A stretch of 62,921 bases of DNA, filler included, from Rhabdomonas costata (Eukaryota), in assembly GCA_019059605.1 (NCBI GenBank). It is 28 parts of 28 records of this genome, joined end to end, with 100 filler letters (N's around TTAATTAATTAA, not from the genome) between each part and the next. Parts side by side here need not be neighbours in the genome. Positions count along the whole stretch, not along the records: positions 27,022 to 29,172 come from JAHMHO010005243.1; positions 29,273 to 31,423 come from JAHMHO010005244.1; positions 31,524 to 33,671 come from JAHMHO010005245.1; positions 33,772 to 35,922 come from JAHMHO010005246.1; positions 36,023 to 38,173 come from JAHMHO010005247.1; positions 38,274 to 40,424 come from JAHMHO010005248.1; 22 more parts are not named here. One strand, 5' to 3'. Below the pieces are notes generated by a model that did no database searches, had not been told where the DNA came from, and worked only from the letters and a program-made list of their open reading frames with translations. Each line of letters starts with the position of its first letter. The stretch's first letter is position 1. A program made the translations under genes and the position numbers. Below, piece by piece: positions 27,599 to 39,463 of the stretch.

Positions 27599-28925
27599 CC
27601 TCCACGGAGAAGGTGATGTGGGATATCCACGACTGGGGAGTTTTTGTTGGTGCGTTTGCCTTATATGTTAGGTTTTGTCAGCTGTGCTTTGGTGGGTTGG
27701 GACTGTCTCTGTCCGCGAAGCTTCTCTGGCTGGTCAACATTGTCCTCCCTGATTTGACTGCTGGCGTCAGCCTCTGCCAGCGCAGCTATTTGTTAAGTGC
27801 ACATTCAATTGTGTTTGGCTCTTGCAGGCATGTTCTGATAGGTGCAAAAGAGACATTTCGAGTCGCTTTCAGGTGTTAACCCGTGTTCAAAAATACCGGC
27901 CGAAAAGCTGTTTTGAGGAGGTAGGTTGGTTTTGAGAGGGCCCGTGGGGGGTGTCAAAAGGGGCCGACCTGCAGCACTTCACGACGTACGTGTACGCGCC
28001 AAATCATCGCCAGGGCCCCAAGGCAGCGGCTATCCTGCAGCGCCCGCTCCTTGACGATAACCAAGGTGTGACTCTGTAACTTGCAGTCCCAATGCGCGGG
28101 CGGGCGCGTGGTGGCGTCTGGTGCGGGGTATTCTAGCTTCCACCCGTGGTGCGTGGCTTTTACGTTGTGTCTGGATGATGCCTCCTCGGCCATCTGGTCG
28201 GGTGCCCTCCGCGCAGGCATTTGCATTTTCTGGAAGGCTCCGCGAGGCACCGATGGAGGGTGATAAAAGACGCAGGCACTGTTAACGTTTGTGGGACGGG
28301 GTGAAAGTTGGATGGTAAGACAGGTGGGAAGGTGAAAAGATGTCAACATAGTTACCATGTGATGTTCAAGCAGTGCTCGCTTATTTCGGGCATCCTCGCA
28401 TCGGCCACAGAGTGTCGGCGTAAACTCACTAAGTTTTAGGTTGTCGGGTCTTCTGGCTTCGAGCGAAGTTCAGATTTTGCATTCCTATATTATATACTCA
28501 CACTGCAATTCTTTTCGCGCTTCCGAGCGACTCTGGACCAAAACACGGAGTCCTTCCTTAGTAAGTAATGACAAGAGTGTGTGAGTCCAATGTGGACATG
28601 AACGCGGAACAAAGACATACCTGTTTTATGTTTTCATGAAACACTCTCCTCCTTCGGGGGTGGTCATCGAATGCAGCGGCGGAGCCCCTGCCGGCCTCGC
28701 AGCGGGAGAAGCAGTCCACCCCGACGGAGGTCTACTACACCGACCGCCCGTTTGGGTTCCAGCCCATCCTGGTCTCCAACGGCGCGGTGAGCTGCCAGAT
28801 GCAGAACGGCAGCCTGGCTACCGTCTCCCTGCAGACCCACCAGCACATCAGCCAGTTCCTGAGGCTGAATAGTGAACAGAGCCTGAGGGCGTTCTACAAC
28901 AACCTGGCGCTGCATCACTTTGAGG
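27599..28925 (+). CDS. IFT144: Intraflagellar transport protein IFT144/WDR19, internal fragment, 3 exons
   Basis: Exons: 27599-27649 (KVMWDIHDWGVFV), 27961-28065 (GADLQHFTTYVYAPNHRQGPK) and 28677-28925 (TDRPFGFQPILVSNGAVSCQMQNGSLATVSLQTH...FYNNLALHHF). These match, from memory, WDR19 VLW...GVF...TYV...GAK and PF...PLLLYNG.LTCQ.QSG......LSTH...NLML.RF. Joins are phase 1. Confidence 0.85.
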
Positions 28926-29272
28926 GTCCTCCTTTTTTCCTTTCAATGTGATTGTTGAGTGGGACAGCTCAACGGCGATGTAAGGTGCCCTCGATGGACG
29001 GCCCTTTGTTGACCTGGTGCGGTGTACTGTCCATATTGTTTTTTTCTGCTGGGGCTTCTCATTCCGTTTTAGGGAGTTTAGGAAGGAGTTACCCTCGTTT
29101 CCCTCAACTAGCGCATTGCAAAGCGATGCATTCGTCAGACCACAATGGCACTGGGCTCCGTCCTCATTATCCNNNNNNNNNNNNNNNNNNNNNNNNNNNN
29201 NNNNNNNNNNNNNNNNTTAATTAATTAANNNNNNNNNNNNNNNNNNNNNNNNNNNNNNNNNNNNNNNNNNNN

Positions 29273-29399
29273 GCAGGCTCTTCTGCGGGGCGATACTTGA
29301 TGCTGGAGGCGCTGCTGCAGTGCGTGTCGGAGCCTGCACTGCGGCTGCAGTACCCCGCGCTGCGGAACCTGCGTGCTGCCGCCAGCTGCCCTGTGGCCA
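29273..29399 (+). repeat. 127-bp terminal direct repeat (copy 1)
   Basis: Identical to 31297-31423; the contig begins and ends with the same 127 nt. Confidence 0.97.
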
Positions 29400-31423
29400 G
29401 CGGCCGCGAGTCAGTGAGCGCAGGGGCCGCAGTACAGAAGCCACTTGGTAGCATGCACAGCACGCCCGCGGAGCGGAGAGTGGGGGTTAAGTACTGCATG
29501 GCGAGGGAAGGAACAAAGAAAGGGTGAATTGGGGAAGATGGGTTCAGTAATCTTGTGGTGGTAGCAAGAAGAGAGAATGCGGGGAAAGGTTTTTTCGATC
29601 CTGAGTGCTGCCCGGACCGTTGAAAGCACTTCTCTGCGGCAAATAGGTCACCTCAGGATGGAGAAGCTGACTAACCTTAGCATTTCGTATGAAGCCTGGA
29701 CCAGAACTTCTCAGCCGGATAGACTGAGTGGCTCTGTGCCAGGTGCGTGTCTGCTTCAGGCAGTCTCGCTGCATCTGTAGCTGGCTGCACAGGTCCTCGC
29801 TGTGTTGCTCCGCGAAGGTTCTCGTTTCTGCCGGATTAACTCCACTATTGTCATTCCAACACTACCAACACTCCATGGAGATGACCAATTTACCCCAACG
29901 GGGTTAGGACTGTGGTGGGCTGCACAGTGTTCCATATTATACTTCTACTGGAGAGAGCCTTGCATCTAGAGGTGGTCTTGCATCTCTAGTTCCTGCTTTC
30001 AGTGCGCACGGCTTGGTGGAGGCAGCTCAGTGCCGCCACAGCTTCCACCCACCAATGACTTTAGCCCTTTCTTTCTTCCCTCCACCCCCGAAAATGCCGC
30101 TAACCGGCTTTATCTCTTCGCATATTTTTCTGGCACTTTTCTGCGGCCACAGAGGCTCACTGCCGATATGCAAACGTGCAAACGTGCAAACGTGCAAACG
30201 TGGAAAGGAGCGCGTGCACACCCAATTCCGGCCGCGGCCCCGTTTGGCAAAGAGCTTCCACATTCCGCCTGTTGCAGGACCCTCCTTTGAGCGGCTGGAG
30301 GCCCTGCTGCGGTGCGCCCCACGGGCGCAGTATCCCACGCTGGAGCTGCTGCTGCACAGCACAGGCACCGGGGAAACGCGGGGCGAGTCCCCGGGCAGGG
30401 CCCTGCAGCTGGTGTGGGAGCTCGGAGACCATTCCATGGAAGGCCTGAGCATGCTGCGGAGTGCCTCCGCTGAGCAGTGCCCGCCTCCAGGTCTCACTCT
30501 GGGGTGCTTGCATTCCATTTCTCGCTTTCTCGAACTCAAATGACGTCAATATGGCAGATGCGGCATGTCGCGTGCTCAAGATTTTCCCTTCCGCACTGAC
30601 GTGGTCACTTGTCACCGAGCAAGTCGCATGGTTTCCCATTCTCGGAAGGCTGCAAGTGGTTTTCACGATATGAGCGTGAACCTGTGGAAAGCCTATCCAC
30701 GGACACTTTTTGGCCCACCGGCATCAGGCATCAATATGCTCTTCTTTGTCAGCGGGGATTGGATTTAGGGGATTCGTGTCTGTATTTGCTTGCAGACTCG
30801 ATGAACTCGGGCTCTGAGCTGACGGCACTGGGGTTGATGTGGGAGGTTTCCGACCCCACCCTGGTCGGGCTGCGCCAACTGATGGAGGCCACCCGTGAGC
30901 GGCACCCTGCTGAAGGCAAGTCCCATCTATCCTCCCCTCGTCACTTCCCTCTCTTGATCCTTCCCCTCTCTGCCGTCCTTTCCATTCAGTATTTGTGAGG
31001 GGACGGGGTCTTGATTTGAATTGGTAAGCGTTTGACGCGAGGCAGTGGTGGGACATATCATGTATGAGGAAATTTTCTGCGCCTGCTTTTCGCGACAGCC
31101 GGGTTTTCTCTCTTCCCTTTGTGGGATGTGTGGCGGTTCTGTTTTGCACTGTTGGACATTGGACACAATGCCACGAGGGGGTGCTGTTGCACACCTATCC
31201 CCAGGCTTTTCGTGACAGCCGCTGCGGTTGCTGCTGTGTCGGGGATATCAAGTACCCACAGCAAGTAACATTGTGGGATCGCTGTGGTTCTCGTGCGCAG
31301 GCTCTTCTGCGGGGCGATACTTGATGCTGGAGGCGCTGCTGCAGTGCGTGTCGGAGCCTGCACTGCGGCTGCAGTACCCCGCGCTGCGGAACCTGCGTGC
31401 TGCCGCCAGCTGCCCTGTGGCCA
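29277..31423 (+). CDS. Repeat-unit exons of an unknown Leu-rich helical repeat protein
   Basis: Phase-1 exons at 29277-29447, 29647-29742, 30278-30490 and 30796-30915, with the first exon recurring at 31301. Internal repeats are LEALL.C...QYP.L and AL.L.WE..D....GL. Confidence 0.7.
30169..30202. repeat. (TGCAAACG)4 intronic microsatellite
   Basis: tgcaaacgtgcaaacgtgcaaacgtgcaaacgtg. Confidence 0.9.
31297..31423 (+). repeat. 127-bp terminal direct repeat (copy 2)
   Basis: Identical to 29273-29399. Confidence 0.97.
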
Positions 31424-33284
31424 NNNNNNNNNNNNNNNNNNNNNNNNNNNNNNNNNNNNNNNNNNNNTTAATTAATTAANNNNNNNNNNNNNNNNNNNNN
31501 NNNNNNNNNNNNNNNNNNNNNNNGGGGGGGGTGGGGAAGGCACAAAACTTTTCAACTGCTTTGTGCGCCGAAGCCATCCGAGGATTGTGTGTCGAAACAC
31601 CGATATGGACAGATGCGCGATAAATTTCAACGCGTCCAGAGTTGGGCTCAAAGTACAGCTTCATGAGGGGTTGTTGCAGTTCTGGCTGAGAAAACAGAAC
31701 ATGATAAGGATTGTTACAGGTTACACCCCAAAGCTCAGAAGAACTTTTGTAGGGTATTTCAAACCTGGAGTCGTCAGACCCGACATAAATACCATCTTCT
31801 TCTTTTGGCGATTGTATGGCAACGTGGTGTCACCTGCACTTTGGTCAACTTTTTATTGAAAGCAACATCTGGCGCGAGATTTTTGAAATTTTGAGGGAGT
31901 ATGTGCAGTAAAAAGTTGTTCAAAAGACTACCTGTGGCGCGTCTGGGGCTACGCAAAAGCCCGTGCATGTCAAATAGAAAGGTTTCGATGTTACTGTTTG
32001 TCACTACAGAGTGGAAGTGGCTGTTCTGAGTTCACGGTATAAGGTACTAGGTTATATGGTATATGGTATATGGTATGGTATGATATAGATGCTATGGTAA
32101 TGAGAGACGTAAATATCGGGGAAATGGAGCTGTGAGGGCACGCTCAATTCCGTCCGCGTGCGCATCCGCGCCACCACTCCGGCAAACGGGGGGGTGCTTG
32201 TGTGCGAGTTCAGATCCACCAGACAAAGCAGAAGGACTGAGGATCGAAGTGTACGATGGATCGGAAAATTACTAAAGAGGAATTATTGCAAAAGTTGTGG
32301 GCACGTTACCACACCGAAGTGCTCACCAAAGATAGGCATAGCTGCCCCGGCAGCGCCACCGTGGAAGTGGAAGATAAGGTCACGGGGGCGAGACCGATTC
32401 GCAGCGCGGGCACACCGGCGCCCCCCCGAAGGGCCATCCGAACCCCAACAGAGGCGAGGCGCCGAAAGGTCACCATCCGCTGGTGATTTCGGGCTGCTAA
32501 ATAATAAGAGCACTGCGCGGCAACAAAAAAACGGCACACCAGAAGAACAGGCACAGCAAAGGTGAAGACTCAAAGGGATGCTCAAGAAACAAGTGGAACG
32601 CTAAACTCCAGATCCCTTGTACGCGACTTACCCCCGCTGAACAACTCAGAGCCCGCGAGTCAAACGGAGAGTAACCACTAATTTTTATCGGTATTTCTCG
32701 GCAGGCGAAATGAAAACATGCGTCTCCAAGAGTGCCCACCTCTTGACTTCATGCTGTTGTGCCCTGAATTAGTTGCTGCAGTTCGGCCTTAGGCATTTGG
32801 ATTCTCTGAGATTAAACAACCTCTCCAAAAAATGCACGCCTCACCGACGCACAGGGTGACATGCTGCGAACTTTCAGGGCAGCCTACATCGCTCCATCTT
32901 CCAACCATACATTTTTGGGGGACGGATTTCTTTCTTTTTCGTGTTTTTATGTTCCGAAATTTACGGTATGCTGGTTACGGTTGGTTACATATTGAAGCAT
33001 TGAAGCGGATTAATAATCTATGCTGATGGAGGAATTAAAACCATACCTTTTGCTGGCTGCCAGCTTACACTTTGTGGGGTTTGCAGTACTACTTGACAAA
33101 TTTTTGAGAGCAACGAGGGCAGAAAGGCCAAAAGCATGACAGAAGTTACGCTTAAGCTGAGCACTTAGACCTGGGTGCCGTGCTCACCTCATCGGAAAGG
33201 CAACTTCAAAGTCGAAAGCCTCATGTCCCCCACCGGAAGAACTTCTGCGTTTCTTTCGCACTTTTTTGAATGGAAAAATCCGTC

Positions 33285-33350
33285 TGACCCTGAATGATGG
33301 CAAAAACATTTCGACATTGATCCTGAATGATAATGCAAACATTTCAACAT
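33285..33350. repeat. 33-bp tandem duplication
   Basis: tgaccctgaatgatggcaaaaacatttcgacat followed by tgatcctgaatgataatgcaaacatttcaacat. Confidence 0.75.
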
Positions 33351-34626
33351 CGATTTCAGCGGATGCTCGATGAATTTCACTGTGCAATAGTCTTGACGCG
33401 CAGGGAGAGGAGCTCTTCCAATATGGTAAACGGGAGTTTCCTCAATAAAGTAAATGTGGCAGAGGCTGTGGCAGTACGGACGCATCCCATTGGCAAAGCA
33501 GCCCTACCACAACCCCCGTCTGGTGATCGGTGAAGAAGAAAAGGTAGGGTCCTTCAAATAAAATAAGACCCCGCTCGCCTTTCTTCACGTTCTCACCAAG
33601 AACGGTAGAGGAGTACTTCATAGACCTTCCCCTTCGTTGAAAACAGCTGCACCCCACACCCACAACCCACANNNNNNNNNNNNNNNNNNNNNNNNNNNNN
33701 NNNNNNNNNNNNNNNTTAATTAATTAANNNNNNNNNNNNNNNNNNNNNNNNNNNNNNNNNNNNNNNNNNNNTTTGGGGTGAGAGAGGTTGAGGTGAGAGA
33801 GGTTGTACTTCGCTGGTGTGCTTTCTTGCAATCTCAGAACTTACAGCTGAGAAAGAAGCATCCGCGGATGAACCACGTGCTGGTTATGGTGATCACTGTT
33901 GCTTTTTCTGGAAATAAAAAAGGGCTATCATCGTCTCTTTTGGATCGCCGGACTTTATGGGGACGTTGTTCCTTAGGAATAATCCCGTCAATTCACTCGG
34001 TTGCTGGGTGTTTGAAATCAAATCGGCTTGGTCATTGCTGGCTGAGCTCAGGGTTCATTGGAACCTAACATCATTCGACATCTATTATTACAAGGGTAAC
34101 AGTGGTGTGCTGGACCGCAGACAAGTCCTCAAGGGCTTCACAGCGGAAACCGCCGTTTTTGATGCGTAACCGTAAAATCGCCTTAACCTCTTAATCCCCT
34201 GACCTTTATTGTTCATGATCCCTATGCGCGGGTGCACACATGGGCGCCTCAGAATTGCGAGTGTTCAAAGATGGCACACCTGTTTTGCCGCACTCCTGAC
34301 TTCGCGCACTGCGCAGTTCTCTAGGAGCAGCCATTTGACAGTGGGTTTGAATGTGTACAATGCTTTCAGTTGGGTGAGCAGAGGAAAAAGTTGAAGCATA
34401 GCAATCCACCCACCCTTGCTTCTTCCAGTGCTATTCTTTGGTGGTCGTGAGGCTGCGTCCGCAAGGCCTCAGCCGTGATTGCTGGTAGAATCATAGCTAT
34501 TGCTGCGAAGTGGGGAAACTGCGTGAGGAGGGGTTGCGCTTTCCCCTGTCCGGATCGGGTTCCCAACAACCTATTCTCTGTTTGAGTTCTCTCTGACAGA
34601 CAATGCGTGTCCTTGCTGTCTTTCAG

Positions 34627-35461
34627 GGTGTATGTGTTCAGTGCAAGCAGAGCCTTCCCGGGAACCTTACGCTGCTTCTGTGCGGCCACCCCGTGTGCAG
34701 TGACTGTCTGCTCGCTGCTGGGCGGAAGCAGTATCCCCTCGTGTCATGCTCCCAGGTCTGCCTGGTGTCTCCCTCGTGCGCACTTCAGTGTTCAGCAGCA
34801 CTTCACCCCGTCATCACTTGAGGTTACTTCGCGTTTCGTCACTTTTGGATGCAATGGAAGTTGGGTTGGGGGTGGAGTGGTAACTGCTAACAGTGTTGAC
34901 CGTTGCCGGTTATGACCGTTACCGGTGTTATTTGTTACTACTGGTGACCGTTGCAATTTTCAGTGGGAGCATATTTTAAAAAGTTGTTAAAGGTACTTCA
35001 AGCCAAGTCCTGGACTGGCCTTCGCCCCTAAACTAATGCTGTCCTATTCGTCCGCCCATATCCCAACCATTGGTGACCCTTATTCAGCAGCAGTTTTCAG
35101 CTTTCGAGCAAAAGCAATCATCTAGAGGGCACTGGCAACGCTTACGTATCCCCAAAAACTATTAAGTCAATTCGAGAGTGCTGTCATATTTTACGCGACC
35201 GCTTTTAGTTGGTTTACATATTTTTTTTTAAAAAAATGTAATGTCAGTTTTCTGTTACCGCGGGTAATGGTCACCCGTGGTAACTGTTACCCCCCTCCCC
35301 CAACAATTGGGCTCATTGTGAAGTCAGATAATTTTTGTTGGGACGTGATAATGTGGAAGCAGACCACCGTTTTTGTCTTTTCTTTTTCTGCGACGCAGTG
35401 TTCTATGGCCAGCCCTGTTGAAGGCCAGACTGCTGCGAGTACTGTGCAACTCCCGGACAAG
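34627..35461 (+). CDS. C3HC4 RING finger protein fragment, 2 exons
   Basis: Exon 34627-34755 (CVQC...LLCGHPVCSDCL...VSCSQ) joined to an exon starting at 35399 (CSMASP...) completes CxxC-CxH-CxxC-CxxC. The end of the second exon is uncertain. Confidence 0.8.
34865..35304. mobile_element. MITE-like element in the RING intron
   Basis: Imperfect terminal inverted repeats of about 45 bp (gttgggggtggagtggtaactgctaacagtgttgaccgttgccgg versus the reverse complement of gcgggtaatggtcacccgtggtaactgttacccccctcccccaac). It is non-coding, and its internal part is homologous to 55714-55958. Confidence 0.6.
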
Positions 35462-37268
35462 GTTGTAGCGCTTGTTTTGGAGACACAGACACACACACAG
35501 AGGTGTCAGTGTTCCTATTGTTCCCAGTCAAAGACGCCACCAAATTCAGGCAAGAATACACTGGAAAATTCACTCACAGCCCTTTACACTCGCAGAGCAC
35601 TTTTTTTTTCTGAGTTTCCTCCCGTCACACATTTTGTTTGCTTCTTTGCTTTGTTTTATTTGGCGGGCCATTTTGCTGGCTCCGGCACAATGTGCACTTT
35701 GCCGAACACACCTAGTGCGATTGGGGTGAGAAAGGGAAGTCTCTTTGTTGTTAGGCGCCACAAATACTTCATCAAGGTGGTCCCCGCTGCTTCTCTCGCA
35801 GTGATGGTTGCCGGTGCTTTTTGTGCGGCGGTCGTGCCGAATTTGTCGGAACAAAGTGACGCCTTTGAAGTGTGGACTTTTCTGCTGTATTGCTGGGTTT
35901 GGGCGTCCCTCCCCCACCACCCNNNNNNNNNNNNNNNNNNNNNNNNNNNNNNNNNNNNNNNNNNNNTTAATTAATTAANNNNNNNNNNNNNNNNNNNNNN
36001 NNNNNNNNNNNNNNNNNNNNNNTTTTGTGGGGATTTTGGGACGTAGGGGTATTCTTGAGTTCCTAGAGGCATTCCTATCGCAGATGCCTTCACTGCTCGG
36101 TCATGCCTTCGTGCCTCAGACATGCCCTCGATACCCTAGTGGTGAGATAGCCGATACGATGACATCCTCGACTTGGGAACACTTAGGAAGAAAGAATGCC
36201 TCTTGGGTGTTTCTTCCTTCTACGCATGGCTCCTTCGCTGCGCTCAGACCCATGCTTCGATACCCAATGAGAGGGAAGATGCTGAAGAGGAGCCCGCCGA
36301 GGGCGACCCGTAAGAGAAGAAGAATAAATGCTAAGATGTCGGGATGCCTCGCTACGCTCGTCATCCCTCCTAAATGTGATGTTCCTTCGCTTCCCGACAT
36401 AAGTCGGTACGCTCAGTCACCAGACCAGAATACTCTACTGTCACTCGGTCGCTACGCTCCCTCGTTCCTTCTATCATGTCGGCATTCTCGGTCCCTCGAA
36501 TGCCTCCTTCTAATACATGTCGGTGTCGCTGCGCTCCACCTCCTATCCCCACTTCACTGCGTTACGTGGGGCCCAAGATGTCTTTGCTGGTCGTGAGGTC
36601 GCTGCGCTCCCTCACTCCCTAATCTGTCACTACAGTCACTGTCAGTGCAGAACACTGCGGAAGAACAGGTGGTCACGATTGTGGCCGCATAGACAGAGAG
36701 GTGGGCGAGTTGGTTGTGGGTTGCGTGTGGTAACAGGGACGGTGGGACAACTTTGAAACGGGTGGGAGGATCCTGGGACGCTGGGACATTGAAATTGTGA
36801 GCGGTGGTGTTACGCACATGAGGGTATGTTTGTTCCTGGGTCATTTTCCCATCTCCCATCCTCTACACATTTGCCACCGAAGCGATATCAGACAGGTGAA
36901 TCTTTCTCCCTTTCTTTCCGTCTTTTTTTTCTCCCCAAAAACCTGTCCGCACGTGATCACCTGTAATCACGTTTTCTTCTTCGTTTTTCTTCGTTTGCTC
37001 TAGTGACCGCCGCACAGTGCTGACTCTTGTGCCGCGGTTCTGTGACCTGTGAATTGAGCTCTTGACAGCGTCGCCTTCGTATACCTTCATGTACGTGAGG
37101 GTTTCGGATATTCATTATTGAGTTGGAAATGACTCACTACTTGAGTGACCGAGGCCGATATTCTACACTTTCGCACGTCGCTCGAGCCCCTCAGCTGATG
37201 GCTGTCAGGTTATATGAATGTCACTCCGAACTCACATGCATTGGCGAAGTGGTTTCCGTTCTGCACAG

Positions 37269-38173
37269 CTAACCCAACCTGCGGCAGCAGCGGCTACCGC
37301 TGCCCCACGAGTTCCACCCCGATCAACTCGACCAAAGTTTGCTCCTCACAGACCTGTCGCGAGGCTGACTGCTGCACAGGTCTGTCTCCGTGTACCTGCC
37401 GTGGCTGGGTGCTGAATTTCTTCCGCGGACCTCATGCTATTGCATTTTCACCTGTGGTGCTATCTATTGTGTCTCTCGTCGTTGAGATCAGTATCCGCCT
37501 CGTTGAGTTTGCATCGTAAATGGCTGTGATAGTGAAGTCTCATTGACATTTTGGCCACATCTCCCTGTGGGTACGTTTGTGTGTATGAAGGGGGGCGGGC
37601 ATTAGGAGGAAGGGATGGAAAGTCTTTGGACAAGGTGAATGTCAAATAGCTTCGAGGAGTGCGGCATTGGAGGAGTGCGGGCGATTGGGTTCTAATGTCC
37701 CAGCGAGGTTTCCTAAGGATCTCCTCTTTGCAGCGGAGGCCAGCGGAGGCCAGCGAACCTGTGCTTTGTGCAAGCAGTGCGTCTTTCTGCAGGTCCCTCT
37801 GTGACTGTTCTCGCCACAACTGGTGACTACGTCTACCGCATGCTCTCCACTCCGGTGAGCTCGCTCACCGCGGTGACGTTTCTGGTGCAGGCCGCCCATG
37901 ACGCCTACATCCTGCTCAGTGACCTTCCCTGTGCTCCCCTCCTGATTCCCCACAACACTTCCAACTTAAATTCGACCTGTGCGGCCCGAGTGTATGAGAT
38001 TGTGCTGTTGAGCAGCAATGGGAGTAAGTCAGCCATCCGGAAGGCGTGCGGAGGGGTAGACGTGGCCAACGCCACCACGCCGGGATTGCTGAGCGGGGCG
38101 TCGTACTTGCCGTTTTGGGTGAGCTGGGCTGGCGGGACGGTTTCGGTGGGTCAGGGGTCGACACCCACACAAC
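37269..38173 (+). CDS. Extracellular protein with a Cys-rich module and a farnesoic-acid O-methyltransferase-like (Methyltransf_FA) domain
   Basis: Exon 37269-37379 (TCGSSGYRCP...VCSSQTCREADCC) and exon 37793-end (FLVQAAHDAYILL...YEIVL...SAIR...TPGLLSG...FWVSWAGGTVSVG), the conserved pattern of this domain. Joins are phase 1. Confidence 0.82.
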
Positions 38174-39105
38174 NNNNNNNNNNNNNNNNNNNNNNNNNNN
38201 NNNNNNNNNNNNNNNNNTTAATTAATTAANNNNNNNNNNNNNNNNNNNNNNNNNNNNNNNNNNNNNNNNNNNNGTGGCGTTGTACGTATTGTTCATCACC
38301 ATCATCTCCCCGATACGGTTGCGCCACTCCTTCTCCTTCCACAGCAGATTCCACCCGCACGCCACGGCTCCCTTGGTGCAATTCGAGTCCCCACGGGCAG
38401 TGGCAGGGAAGCCGGCGAGGTGGAAGCCCGAGAGGTTGCTGGAGACGGCCCATATGAGGGGTCCAGTTGGGCCCTCCAGGTTGATTCCCAGGAACTGCCC
38501 GTCGGGAAGACCCAGGAGGGTGGGCCTTCGCGGCCTTGGGCTACCACGGCGGCCATGACGAAGGCGAGCTCCTTACGCAAGTCCTCAGTCGAGGGGTTGG
38601 TTGAGAGGCACACAAGAACCAAAACAGGTTAAAACGAGAAACCAAATTCGTTTGAATGAGACGAGGCCGCGGGGACGTTGAGCAGAAGAGGTCGGAGACC
38701 CAAAGCCAGCGCACAGCAAAAAAAGGATACTTGTGCAGGAAGTAGGTGGCAATCGCTGCGCTTGCCACCAAAATCCCGCGCAGCGATATCTACAAGAGCG
38801 CAACGCCAGCGTTCCCCGGGAAATTGTTTGTTTGGACCCATACGACGGGTGAAACGCGGACCATCGCAGCTGACTGGGGGCGGGGATGTGCCAAATTTAT
38901 CGCACAGAATCTCTTTGCCGGGCACCATGTGTCATGGGCGAAGCAGCGCGGCAAATGTTGCCGCTTTATCGGGTCATGCCCGCAGGGGTGTGTCTTCAGG
39001 CTGCATAGAATCATAGAGGGGCATCAGAGGCAAGAATCAGGGAGCTTTAAAGGGGTGTCGTGACCTCACCATAAAAACACGGAATCATCGCCCCCCGACA
39101 CATGC

Positions 39106-39463
39106 CAGGGCTGATATTCGAGGCCGCGACGTACTGCGCCAGTTTTCGGGTCGCCACGGTCGTGATGCCAAGGTAACTAACCACCTCATTCTCCACCACC
39201 GTACAGGCCAAGCTGCGGTAGCTCTGGCCCACGCGGGTCAGAGCCGCCCCTGCGTGGCTGCTGGTGAGAACAAAGGTCATCGCCCCAACGGTCACCAGAG
39301 AGATCACGGCGAGGGCGACGTGCAACACACGGATGGGAACACGTGGGCACCGCGGGAAACATGCGTTATGGGGAGAAGGGGGAGTCCTGTGTCGCCGTGC
39401 AAGGGAAGGGTTTTCGGCGGACTTGGTACATACGGGGGAGAGGGAAATTTCCCTTTCCTGCAT
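39106..39463 (-). CDS. First exon of a probable membrane receptor (TM helix plus Cache-like N-terminal helix, as in receptor cyclases/kinases)
   Basis: MQERE...RVPIRVLHVALAVISLVTVGAMTFVL (TM) followed by amphipathic GAALTRVG...VENEVVSYL. The ATG is preceded by an AG and a pyrimidine tract; GC donor after 39106. Confidence 0.5.

Noticed and set aside
33285..33390. Box C/D snoRNA cluster
   Set aside because: There is no intact RUGAUGA box with a properly placed terminal CUGA; a simple 33-bp duplication explains it.
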